Part shown: positions 11,901 through 22,789 of the stretch, piece by piece
Numbering within the stretch: position 1 is the stretch's first letter
Layout: every line of letters begins with the position of its first letter
Source: Callorhinchus milii
Taxonomy: Eukaryota
Length of the DNA: 64,000 nucleotides
Assembly (NCBI RefSeq): GCF_018977255.1
Contig: NW_024704742.1
Span: 71,984,001-72,048,000 of the forward strand
Direction: 5' to 3'
Position numbers and translations under genes: made by a program
The notes under the pieces: generated by a model
Told to the model about the DNA's origin: nothing
The model's database searches: none
Seen by the model: the letters and a program-made list of their open reading frames with translations, nothing else

Positions 11901-14900
11901 CAGTCAGACCTTGGTTTAATATCTCATTTGAAGATTAGAGTCTCGATCAATGCATTGCTCTCCCCCACCCCCAACACTGCACTGGAGTGTCAGTCTAGAC
12001 TGTGAGCTCAAAATCTCCAGAGTGGGATTGAACCCACAACCTTCTGACAGGGAGGTGAAAGGCTTACAACTAAGCTAGGCTGAGACCTGTCAGATGTCAA
12101 GTTTAGAAATGTCACTAAGTCGTCACAAGACTAGTAAGATTGAGGGCAATCTCCATGCCCCTGTCAGGGTGAGGCTTTTTTTTAAGCGAAAAAAGCAAGC
12201 AGATGTGTAATATTTTGTTTCTCTTGAACAGGCTGTGGAAAAGATCAAAGCAATCGCTGTCACTGTAAAGACAGACAACCTGGAGTGAGTACAAACCTTT
12301 GCAGCTTGGCACCAGTGTCTGAGCAAATACAAGGAATATTTTTTGTAGCACATAGCGGCTAGGACACTGAGACAGGATGGGGGTTGCTACTCGGTGTTTG
12401 AGGAAAGGATCCTCTGTTTGAGAAAGCAGTTAGACCGAGTGCAGTGGGGTAGGAGCCATGGGTGCTTTTTCCTGTGTTATTCAGCACATTTGTACTGGCA
12501 TCATAGGTGTGCTGCTCTTTGAAAGAGTATTTCATTTAATCCATTCACCAGCCTCTTCCCACCGCCCCCACCCCCATACAACAGCAACAACCACAACAAA
12601 TTGCATTTATAATGCGCTTTCATGTCGGGAGGATGTCCAATACCCCTGCAAATGACTCCTTTTTATCTGGATCTCTCTTGAAAACTAGTATGGATTTTGC
12701 CTCAATCACTGTATATCTGGCAGGGTATTCCATGTACCAACACCTCTGTAAAAATAAAAATCCTCCCAATCTCCCACTCTGCTCCCTTGTAAATTATTTT
12801 ATATTGATGGCCTCTGGTCACTAACTCAAAACAAATTACATTTATGTAGTGCCTTTCATGTCGGGAGGACATTCCAAGATGCTGAACAGTCAGGGATTTG
12901 GACCTGAGCTGGGGATTGGGACCGGGAGGGGTGGAGGGCAACTCACCAACGAATGAGAATAATTTTTCCCCACCCATCTACTCAATTAAAATGCTTCGTA
13001 ATTTTAAAGACCTCTATTGGGGTCCCCTCAACCCTTGAAAATAGGTCCAGTTGTTCTAATTGTTCATATATGATTGTTCTAACGACTCTTCCCTGGTATC
13101 ATCCTAGTAAATCCCCTCTGCACTCTCTCTGGTCCTGACATTTATCTTAAAGTTGTTTAGGATCTTAACGAATCCTAAACTTGTTTAGGATGTTGTCAAA
13201 TGACTTCCCAGTGGTCAAAGCATTTCTGCTCAGTGCCTGTCTGAGCCGACCCCATCATCCTGATTGAATTATCATAGAAGTTGCTAAATAGGATAAAGTA
13301 AATCCATAACATTGCTTTCACGTAAGCTGAGGACACAGGATTCCGAAGTGTGCAAGGCAGGTTTAGGTCAGACACTAGGAACTATTTGAATACACAAAGG
13401 GAAGCAGCAGCTGGGATATATAGTATAGGAACTTGAGCAGGCTATTCATCCTAACGGATAGGCTTCTCGGGAAGGTTGCAAGTGGACAGCAGGCTGGGAC
13501 AATTAAGAAACACTTTGACTCTGTAACAGTAGGGTGGGCATTTCTTATGCAAGTGAGCATAATATATGACTGAGAGTCTGCAAGGCTTCCTCTTGGAAAA
13601 CATTTAAACCCTTTAATGCATTATGGTAATAAATCCTATATTTGATACAGTACAGTACCTTTCTTGTTGGGAGGACACCTCAAAGCGCTTCACAGGATAT
13701 ATTACAAAGTGCAGTGACTGTATTTCGTAGGCAGACTTGGCAGCTATTTTGTGCTCAGCAATGTGGTGTGGTCTGAATGCTTGCCTTCTCCCTGCAGAAA
13801 GCAGAAGGAGCTTTTGGAGAAGTGTGCGATCACAGCCCTGAGCTCCAAACTGATTGCTATGCAGAAAAACTTCTTCGGCAAGATGGTGGTGGACGCTGTC
13901 ATGATGCTCGATGACCTGCTGCCTCTGAAGATGATCGGCATCAAGAAAGTGCAAGGAGGTGCACTGGAGGTAGGAATCCTGTAGCTTAGAGGTTAGCGCA
14001 CTCGCATCACAAGCGAGAGGATCTGGGTTTGATTCCGGGCAGGGCGATACGTTGGGCAAGTTTCCTTATTCCACACGCCTCTGTTTACCTAGCAGTAAAT
14101 AGCTACCCGGTTGTTAGTCGATTGGCAGATTGCTTTTCCAGGGATAATAATCCCTTAAAAAATGTTTTTCTTTTTCCACGACTTGTTTGTGAGACACTGC
14201 TGTGTGCAATTTGCTGCTGCGTTTTGCCCACAAAATATACCGTCAATTCACTTTACAGTGAAGCACCTTGAGACGTCTCGAAAACATAAGGTGCTATATC
14301 AAATGCAAAGATTATTGTATCGTAACGCAGGACAGGAGGAGGCTACCACCATCCTGGCAGTAGCATATCAGGTCGCAAACTATACATTGTATCTTGAGGT
14401 ATTCTTTCCTAACAGAAATCTATCTAATTTAATAAGAACATTAGATAGATTTCTGCCTTTCCCCCCTTAATTCTCACATATTTCTTCTCCCCTTTAAACA
14501 GGTCAGTATAAAACATCCGAAACCTCAATTCCACCTATTCTTATAAGACCATTTTAGCTTCAAACTTAATATCAAGTAAACTCGTACTGTTGCTGAGCAC
14601 ACAATTAACAATCACTGATACTCCAGTCCAACTTCACCACTACAATGAGCTCAGATACAGTTATGTGGAGTGTATTTAAGCAGTATTCTACTCTAGTTAC
14701 TCCAATTTATGGAGCTGATCTCGCCTCTCATATTTCACACTCTTCACGTTGATTGCAGGATTCCATGCTCATTGCTGGTGTTGCCTTCAAGAAGACTTTC
14801 TCCTACGCTGGCTTTGAAATGCAGCCCAAGAAGTACGAGAATCCCAAGATATCCCTGCTCAACGTGGAGTTAGAGCTCAAAGCCGAAAAGGACAACGCAG

Positions 14901-17900
14901 AGGTCCGAGTCAATAACGTGGAGGTCAGTGCTGATGTCCTTGCTATTATTGGAACTTTCTTAGGAATATCGAAAGGCCCATTGCAGTCATCAGTCAGAAC
15001 CCATTCTAACACAGTGGTTGGGAAGTTCATAAAATTACTGGTTGCATTATAAACCAGTCGCCAGTCAATGCTTCTGTCAGGTCACCGCTGACTTCGCTTG
15101 GGAAACCATCCAGTCAGCAGTGAGCACACTCGTGACTGTTCCCAGCAGTTGCTGGGACACCATGACACTGGGATACCTGTCCCACTATTGTGTTAAAGTG
15201 CTTTGAGACGACTTGGCACAATATAAATATAAATTATGTTATAAATTGTGAGGACCTAAGCTGGTGGTCTGAGCTGACAGGTTGAGCCACAGCCTGTGGG
15301 GGGAGAGGGTGAGCACTGAGGCAGGCTGCTGACCAGAATGTTGTGTCTTGTTTGTAGGAGTACCAGGCAATTGTTGACGCCGAGTGGAGCATCCTGTATG
15401 ATAAGCTGGAGAAGATCCATTTGTCTGGAGCCAAGGTGGTTCTGTCCAAGCTTCCCATCGGCGATGTGGCAACTCAGTACTTTGCTGACAGGGACCTGTT
15501 CTGTGCCGGCCGCGTCCCCGAGGAGGATCTCAAGAGGACCATGATGGTCAGTCAGGGTCATGGGGAATGGTGGGCAGGGCTCAGTCACCCAGTCAGTGGG
15601 GAAAAGTCCACACTTAGCTTTCATTAACTGCTCTCTTTTTACCACCATCCCGCCCCCCCCCCCCACTTCACTTAGTGCAGTTTCCTTATTCCACATGCCT
15701 GTGTTTAGCTCGCAGTAAGTAGGAAACCAGTTGTTAGTCAATTCGCGGATCGCATTCTTGGTGTAATAATCCCTCCAAAAAATAATAATAATTTGATAAC
15801 GCAATCCACGACTCTTTGTGAGTCACTGCTATGCGCAACTGACTGCTGTGTTTTGCCACAAAATATATAGTCAATTCACTTTACAGTAAATTCTGTGAAG
15901 CACTTTGAGACGTCTCAACGACATAAGGCATTATATCAATATCAAGTGCAAGGATTATTATATTTTATCTATGATCAGCACCTTCTCAAGCAGGGGAAGG
16001 GTATTGGGGGATGGAGAATACCAGCAGGGATTTTGGCATTAGAGAGAATAATTTCTTGGAGCAGCAAATACAGAAAACTGGACCAGTTGGCCTGCTATTG
16101 TGTCATACATTCCTATGGTTCTGTAGCTGGCACACTGATACGTGCACTGGGTTTGGAAGTGACGTTTTGAGCTTGATGTCTCAGCGAGGACTTTAAAGAG
16201 AGAACATGTGCAGGCTAAATGTGATTGAGAGAGGAACCCAGAACAAACCTGAGATAACCAGCAGGATAAGAGGGCACATGTTCAAGCAAGCGAAGGGCAA
16301 TTTGGGTGATATAAATTCTTTATAGAGACGAGAAATTATGTCTGGAATAAGAGTTGGTTGAGACCGGGGTACATTTAAAACACCGATCAATGTTGTAGTA
16401 GGATGAGGAGCGGTTGGTTATTCTGGAAAGCTAACAATAAATGACCTTGTATATTGTATCTTATCACATATTTGAATGGTTCACAGTGCTATATAGGGTT
16501 TATTTTTTGTAAAGTAAGCAAATGTGGCAGTTAACCTGCAAACAGTCATAAAGTGAGTGACCAACTTTATCTGGGAAAGCAATGTAGAATCCTGCCTGAT
16601 ATCGTGTAGAACATTCTGGTGTCTGGATAAGCATCTGACCAGTAATAATAAGGAGAAGAGCTGTAGAGTGGGATCAATAATAAATGGTAATGTAATAGCA
16701 CAGACATGATGGGCTAAATGGCCTGCACTGGAAATTTCTGCCCTGTTACATGTGAACATATGTTCTGGCCGACAATCCTCCAGATACAAACTGGTTATTT
16801 GCTGTGCACAGATTCACTGCCACGTTTGCTACAAAATACAGTCACTACTACACTTTATAGTAATTGCTGTTAAGAGCTTTTTGATGTTTCAACGATGTGA
16901 TAATAGTTGTATCAAGGGCGTTGCATTTACCAATCTGTTTTTCCGTTAGAAGCTCCAGAGAAAGTTTGTGAACTGATCATTGGCTAGTTTCTCCTTCAGA
17001 TGAATGGCAGAGTGTTGTATTGGTTCTCAGTGCTCACTGTTTGCACTGTCTCTTGCCCTGTAGGCTTGTGGTGGCTCCATTCAGACCAGCGTCAATGCCC
17101 TGACAGAGGAGGTGCTGGGAGAGTGTGCCGTGTTTGAGGAGGTGCAGGTCGGGGGTGAAAGGTACGTCTCACATTGGGTCCTCATCTCCCTTTGTGGCTG
17201 TTTGTGTTTTAGTTGTAATCTATGTGTGGTGTAGATATTGCTCTCTCATTCTGTCTCAGTTTTGCTACCCTTTGGAGATTCCTGAACTCTGTGTTACCCA
17301 CAAATATATTTTTGGCAATCTGTTTACACAAATAGTGTGCTTTAGGTCATGTCACGCGGTGGAGCAGAGCTGGCAAACTGGCAAACACTGAGCATTAAGG
17401 GAAAGTTAATTTCCTTTGTGGAGCTGTTAAAGCAGATCTAATCAATCTGACTTTAATGCTACCTCCAGCGCCTTGGGATGCCCTCCTGATGTGAAAGGCG
17501 CTCTATAAATGTAATTTTGTTGTTGATTGAACTCTTCCTGGGATAATTTCCCCCCTGAAATCTGCAGCATTTTCCTGTGGACGTCAGTGCCAGTCTATCT
17601 CAGTTAGCATTTTTCTCACCTCCCAAGTCAGACAGAAGGTTGTGGATTCAAGCCTTACAGTCCAGTCTGACTCTCTAAAGCAGTGCTCAGCGAGTGCTGC
17701 ATTATCTGAGATGCTATCCTTTGAATGAGATGTTGGAGCAATGTGCCATCTGTCTGTTCAGGTGTACATTAAAGATCCTGTGACACTATTGGGAGTTCCT
17801 TCTAGTGTCCTGGCCAACAATCTTTAAGATAGGAACAAAAACAAGTCGCTGGGAACATTCAGCAGGTCAGGCAGCATCTATGGAGAAAGGAAAGTGAGTC

Positions 17901-20900
17901 AACGTTTCATGTCCACGACCCTTTGTCAGAACTGGGGCATGTTAATAATAATAATAATAATCCTTGCATTTGATATAGCGCTTTTCACGTCGGGAGGACG
18001 TCCCAAAGCGCTTCACAGAACACACTGTAAAGTGAATTGACTGTATATTTGTGGGCGAACGCAGCAGCCAATTTCACACAGCAATGTCCCACAAACAGTC
18101 GTAGATTGAAAATGACCAATTTATTATTGTTTTGGGTTTTGGAGGGATTATTATTAGGTGTGTGGAGTAAGGAAACTTGCCCAAGGTTTCGCCCTCTGCC
18201 TGGAATTGAACTCAGGTCTCTCACTTGCAAAGCGAGTGCTCTAACCACTGAGCTACAGGACTCCACGATTTGGGAGGGAGAAGCTTGTTTTGTTGCAACC
18301 CCCCTCCCTTTTGTTTTGCATCATTAACACCTCTTTAATCCATCATCCCCTGTTCTCTACCCCATTTTCTCCTTTGTCTTCCTATCCTGCCTCCCCGCTC
18401 TCTGTTAGGCCTTAAAAGCATCTGCAGTATTTTGCGTATTGTGTAATCTTTAAGATGAATTGGTTGTTACCTTATGACTGTCTCTGGGACCTCATACAAT
18501 CTGTTTCTGTCGTGTTTGCTTACAAATGTACAGTCCCTTTATATTTTGCTTTATTATATATTAAAAATATATTAAATGAAGATATATTAAACAAAGGAAT
18601 ATTATAAAAGGTTAAGAATCGACAGATAGACATGCTGGGAACAACAGCAAATTACATTTATATAGCACCTTTCACGTCGGGAGGATGTCCCACTGCGCTG
18701 GACATTCAGAGATGTGCACCCGAACTGGAGGTTCGGATCTGTAGGGGTGGAGGTTAGGGGTAGGAGGATGACTGACTTGAGGAAGGTCTTGATACAGATG
18801 CGAGGGAGGGAGGGAGGCGAAGGGACTGTGGGATGGAATTCCAAAGGGTGGGGGCAGAGAGGCTGAAGGCTAATTTGACAGATAGACGGACCCCCATTTG
18901 GGAATGAAGAGGACAATCAACGGGGAACCATATTTTGTTTGGAATTCAAACTGGTCATGCAAAATCATGTGATTTCTCGTCTTATTAGGTACAACTTGTT
19001 CAAAGGCTGCCCCAAGGCAAGGACTTGCACCATCATTCTCCGCGGTGGGGCCGAGCAGTTCATGGAAGAGACAGAGCGCTCCCTTCACGATGCCATCATG
19101 ATTGTCAGACGAGCTATTAAGGTGGGTGCCAGGGACTGAGCCAATGCTGGGGAGTTACTGTGGCTGCTGTGTCTAACCTTCTTCCTCCTCTATACTCACC
19201 ACTTCCTGTTATGAGTGTTTGATGTTTCAGTCATTAAAGCTGCTGCAGCAATGAGGCGAGCGAGCATTGCCATTTGGAAGCTGTTTTCGGTGGCCTCTGG
19301 CAGCCCAGGCAGTCCCTGTTCTCTGGGCACGGGGCAGTGCTCGCTGCCATGTCACTCAGTTACAAGTGTAATGTACTCAACATGGATGTTTTCAAAAGGA
19401 TTTGCTGATATGCCTGATTTATTGGTCAGATATATTGTACATTCTATTGTGAGGCTTCGCTAAACAACCTGACCCAGAAAGTTTCTGGTTATATTCAGGC
19501 TGTTTTTATGTACAAGTTGAACTATTGTCGGATAATTCTGTACCCGTCCTTCAGGTTAATGATGCCACGCTGTGCTTGGGTTTAGAGAGAGCATTTCAAA
19601 GTGGATTAAAGGGGAGGTTAGAGACTATGTCTTTACATAGAGGGCAGTGAGAGGTAGAATTTCCCTCAAAACCAGAGTTGGGACAGTGCATCCTTTCTAC
19701 TTAGCGCACCGAGACATTGCCTCGCATGAAGGGCTATAAAAATGCAGGTTGTTGTTAAAAGGGAATGACAAATATTAGGATAGGGTGTGTATGTCTGTCG
19801 GAGGTGGGAGGGTGGAAAGGGTCTGTGCAGACTGGATGGCCTGCAGGCTTGTTTTTGTACCAGTGATGGACGTATGAGTGTGTAAAGTGTTTGCTGGCCT
19901 TCTGCAGAATGACTCAGTTGTTGCTGGCGGTGGAGCGATCGAGATGGAGCTTTCCAAGTACCTGCGGGATTATTCCAGGACCATCCCCGGCAAGCAGCAG
20001 CTGCTGATTGGAGCCTACGCCAAGGCTCTGGAGATCATCCCACGCCAGCTGTGTGACAATGCTGGCTTTGATGCCACCAATATCCTCAACAAGCTACGGG
20101 CCAAACATGCCCAGGTAAGGGGGGGCCACACACACAGGTAAGGGGGGGGTGGGGGCACACACACAGGTAAGGGGTAGGGGCACACACACAGGTAAGGGGG
20201 GGGCACACACACAGGTAAGGGGGGGCACACACACAGGTAAGGCGGGGGGCACACATACAGGTAAGGCGGGGGGCACACACACAGGTAAAGGGGGGGGCCA
20301 CACATGCACACAGATAAAGTGGGGGACCACACACACACAGATAAAGGGGTGGGTGTCACGCGCACACGCACACATACATAGGTGAGGGGGGGCATACACA
20401 CACACACACACACATGCAGGGAAGGTGGGAGGGCCACACGCACGTGCACACACACAGGTGGGGAGAGGTGGGGGGTGCACACGCACACAAGTGAAAGTGG
20501 GGGCCATATGCACACAGACACTCCACGCTGCAGCCTCACCCCTGATCCACTCCTCAATTATCCTTTGATAAAACCAAAAGGGTTTATTCCTCAAGAGTGA
20601 ATTAGTGGAGTCCTGTAGTGTAGTGGTTAGTGCGCTCGCCTCACAAGTGAGAACCGGAGTTCAGTTCGCAGAAAGGGTGAAACCTTGGGCATGTTTCCTT
20701 AATCCACATGCCTCTGTTTACCTAGCGGTAAATGAGAACCCAGTTGTGAGTCTCGGCGGATGGCTTTTACGGGAGTAATACTCACTTGAAAAAAAAGTGT
20801 GGTCACTCAATCCACAACAAAATATCGTCAATCCACTTTACAATATATTCTGTGAAGCACTTTGATACATCTCAACGATGTGATAATGCACTATATCAAA

Positions 20901-21749
20901 TGTAAGGATTATTATTATTATTGTTTTAACGCCTGACATTTCCTGGTTTATGCCCTACTCAGGCTGATCAAAGCCTTCCCTCTGGACTATTATACACAAG
21001 CCAGTCTCTCGTGCCCTCTGTCCCACCATCGGTAGCCAAGCTTTCAGCCACCATACCCTGCTCTCTGCTACTGTATATATCTGTCTCTCTCACACCTGCT
21101 CTCTAACTCACTGTCTCCCACCTTCTCCCTAAATCCCTCTGTCTTCCTTCTCCCTGTAAATTATCCGACATGGAACGTGTGGACAAGTTGTGCAGAAGAT
21201 TGTGGGACCTGTTCCTCCGTGCTCACTGCAGGCTATTGCAGATTGTAATTCACAGCTGAATGAGAATACATCATAACAGCCATTATACAACACATGTCAG
21301 TACTGGAGCTGCAGTTAGTGTAGGCTGGAAACCTGTCCTGGCTGGGTGTTGGGAGGAGGAGAGTTGGTTTATGATGCCCACTGTAATATCAGCGTGGGGG
21401 GAGATGGTGGTGGGGGGAATTCATGTATTTGATACAGCACGCTTCATGTCTAGAGGACATCTCAAATGGCTTCACAGGTACTGACTGCTTTTGTGAGTGT
21501 GTTCTGACAGTGTTTCCGTGTTTTTAGGGCGGCATGTGGTATGGTGTGGACGTGACTAATGAGGACATCGCTGACAACTTCCAGGCGTGTGTGTGGGAGC
21601 CAGCCGTAGTCCGCATCAACGCTCTGACTGCAGCCTCAGAGGCCGCCTGCCTCATCCTGTCCGTGGATGAGACCATCAAGAACCCGCGCTCCACCGTGGA
21701 CGGTCAGGCCGCCCCTAAGGGTCGCGGCAGAGGCCGGCCATTCCACTAG
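5771..21749 (+). CDS. CCT7: T-complex protein 1 subunit eta (CCT/TRiC chaperonin), 12 coding exons, 1632 nt, 543 aa
   Basis: join(5771-5776,10084-10237,10948-11054,11662-11787,12232-12284,13798-13969,14759-14923,15358-15546,17064-17161,18989-19121,19908-20114,21528-21749); all GT-AG, phases consistent; [18 protein letters not shown] start, GDGTT ATP motif, GRGRGRP C-terminus. Confidence 0.98.
6264..7905 (-). mobile_element. L2 3' fragment split by a CR1 insertion
   Basis: (CAA)n tail at 6267; L2 3' sequence resumes at 7561 (ACACAGTCAAAGAGAAGGG), matching 427-770. Confidence 0.75.
6406..7560 (-). mobile_element. CR1-clade (HER1-like) LINE, 5'-truncated
   Basis: [55 protein letters not shown]; (CATAAGAA)n-type 3' tail at 6406-6422. 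Confidence 0.93.
8060..8610 (+). mobile_element. CR1 3' fragment interrupted by a minus-strand SINE (8270-8588)
   Basis: GATCAGCCATGATC...GGGGCTGAAT [SINE] GGCCTACTCCTGTTC. Confidence 0.75.
10084..10237 (+). CDS. CCT7: CCT7 exon 2
   Basis: [12 protein letters not shown]...[18 protein letters not shown]|...|GTAAGA. Confidence 0.97.
10948..11054 (+). CDS. CCT7: CCT7 exon 3
   Basis: [35 protein letters not shown]. Confidence 0.97.
11662..11787 (+). CDS. CCT7: CCT7 exon 4
   Basis: [16 protein letters not shown]...RTATQL. Confidence 0.97.
11845..12085 (-). mobile_element. Deu-domain SINE (SacSINE1-like)
   Basis: Reverse strand reads TCAGAAGGTTGTGGGTTCAATCCCACTC...GACACTCCAGTGCAGTG. Confidence 0.7.
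12232..12284 (+). CDS. CCT7: CCT7 exon 5
   Basis: [20 protein letters not shown]|...|GTGAGT. Confidence 0.93.
13798..13969 (+). CDS. CCT7: CCT7 exon 6
   Basis: [19 protein letters not shown]...[12 protein letters not shown]. Confidence 0.97.
13973..14316 (+). mobile_element. tRNA-derived SINE, full-length form, abutting the CCT7 exon 6 donor
   Basis: GGAATCCTGTAGCTTAG...GGGCAAGTTTCCTTATTCCACACGCCTCTGTTTACCTAGCAG...AAATGCAAAGATTATT. Confidence 0.85.
14759..14923 (+). CDS. CCT7: CCT7 exon 7
   Basis: [26 protein letters not shown]...RVNNVE. Confidence 0.97.
15358..15546 (+). CDS. CCT7: CCT7 exon 8
   Basis: [10 protein letters not shown]...[31 protein letters not shown]. Confidence 0.97.
17064..17161 (+). 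CDS. CCT7: CCT7 exon 9
   Basis: [32 protein letters not shown](R). Confidence 0.97.
17944..18264 (-). mobile_element. tRNA-derived SINE, young internally deleted subfamily with an L2-type tail
   Basis: Near-identical to 23863-24193 and 31404-31670. Confidence 0.88.
18989..19121 (+). CDS. CCT7: CCT7 exon 10
   Basis: [44 protein letters not shown]. Confidence 0.97.
19908..20114 (+). CDS. CCT7: CCT7 exon 11
   Basis: [16 protein letters not shown]...[22 protein letters not shown]. Confidence 0.97.
20111..20480 (+). repeat. Minisatellite of about 22-29 nt, CAGGTAAG(G)nCACACACA
   Basis: Directly visible; begins at the exon 11 donor. Confidence 0.9.
20607..20922 (+). mobile_element. tRNA-derived SINE
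   Basis: GGAGTCCTGTAGTGTAGTGGTTAG head and (TTA)n tail. Confidence 0.8.
21528..21749 (+). CDS. CCT7: CCT7 exon 12 coding part
   Basis: GGMWYGVDV...[33 protein letters not shown]...GRGRGRPFH*. Confidence 0.97.
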   Translation, partial: GGMWYGVDVTNEDIADNFQACVWEPAVVRINALTAASEAACLILSVDETIKNPRSTVDGQAAPKGRGRGRPFH

Positions 21750-22072
21750 TGACCTCTCAGTAACCGGCCTCCCACCTGTCACTGCACAGTAACCTCAACT
21801 GAAGGTTTGTGTACTCTGGAGGTTGCTCCCACTGTCAAATTACCTGTTGTACATTCTTCCCAGGAGATAAAATGGTTTGCAAAGTGAACAAACACCAGAG
21901 TATGCACTCATATACACACAAGTATGCATAAACACACACTCATATACATACACTCAAAATATACATGTACACACACACACACATACATACTGTCCAGATC
22001 CTAGAAATGTCACACTGTACACTATTTATTTGGACTTGTTTTTGTTAAGGATGTGCCTGACGCCTGCCAGGA

Positions 22073-22120
22073 AATAAAGGTTGACTTTTGAAAATTATAT
22101 GGTGGGTTTGTGGTTTGAGT
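22073..22120 (+). terminator. Likely CCT7 polyadenylation signal
   Basis: AATAAA at 22073-22078 followed by GT-rich GGTGGGTTTGTGGTTTG. Confidence 0.75.
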
Positions 22121-22789
22121 TCGGGGATTGTGGCAAGAATGTGGTCTGTGTGACTGATTAGTTGTCACCGGAGCAGCCCAAGCGAGGGAGCTCCAGGGCC
22201 ATTCTCCACTTGTCCAGAATGAGCACTATTCAACACAGAAGGAGCCCTTTAGTTACCGTTATGTGTATCGTCACGCTTTGTACTTGTGAGATTGCCATGT
22301 ATCCCTCAATATTTTGCTTTCGCCTATAAAAAGCACAGTCACTCCTCTACAGTGGCTCCTATGAGCCCTTTCAGATGCCCTCCTGATGTGAAAGATGCCG
22401 TCTCAAATGTAAGGATTGTTTCTAACTGGCATGTGTGTCCCTGTTTTCCTGTCACTGCAAGGTGGGTGGAGAACATGGAACACGATCCGTGTGGCTGGCT
22501 GGCACACTACAAAATGGCTGTTTACACTATACAGTATATTCTGTGATGGGTTTTGAAACATCTTGACTGTGATAGGCACTTCATCAAATGCAAGGATTAT
22601 TATTAATTTCAGGGCCCTCAGCTCACTGCTGATGTCACTTCCGGTGTGTTATACCAGGAATCGTCGCTGCTGTTGCTTTATGAAAGAAGTGATGTCAGCG
22701 CCGACCAAGAATTCAACCTTGTGGTGCTTTGTCATAATGTGAGTGTGAGACCCAGGTCACGATCTCCACTATAACCAGGGTCCAGTTTG

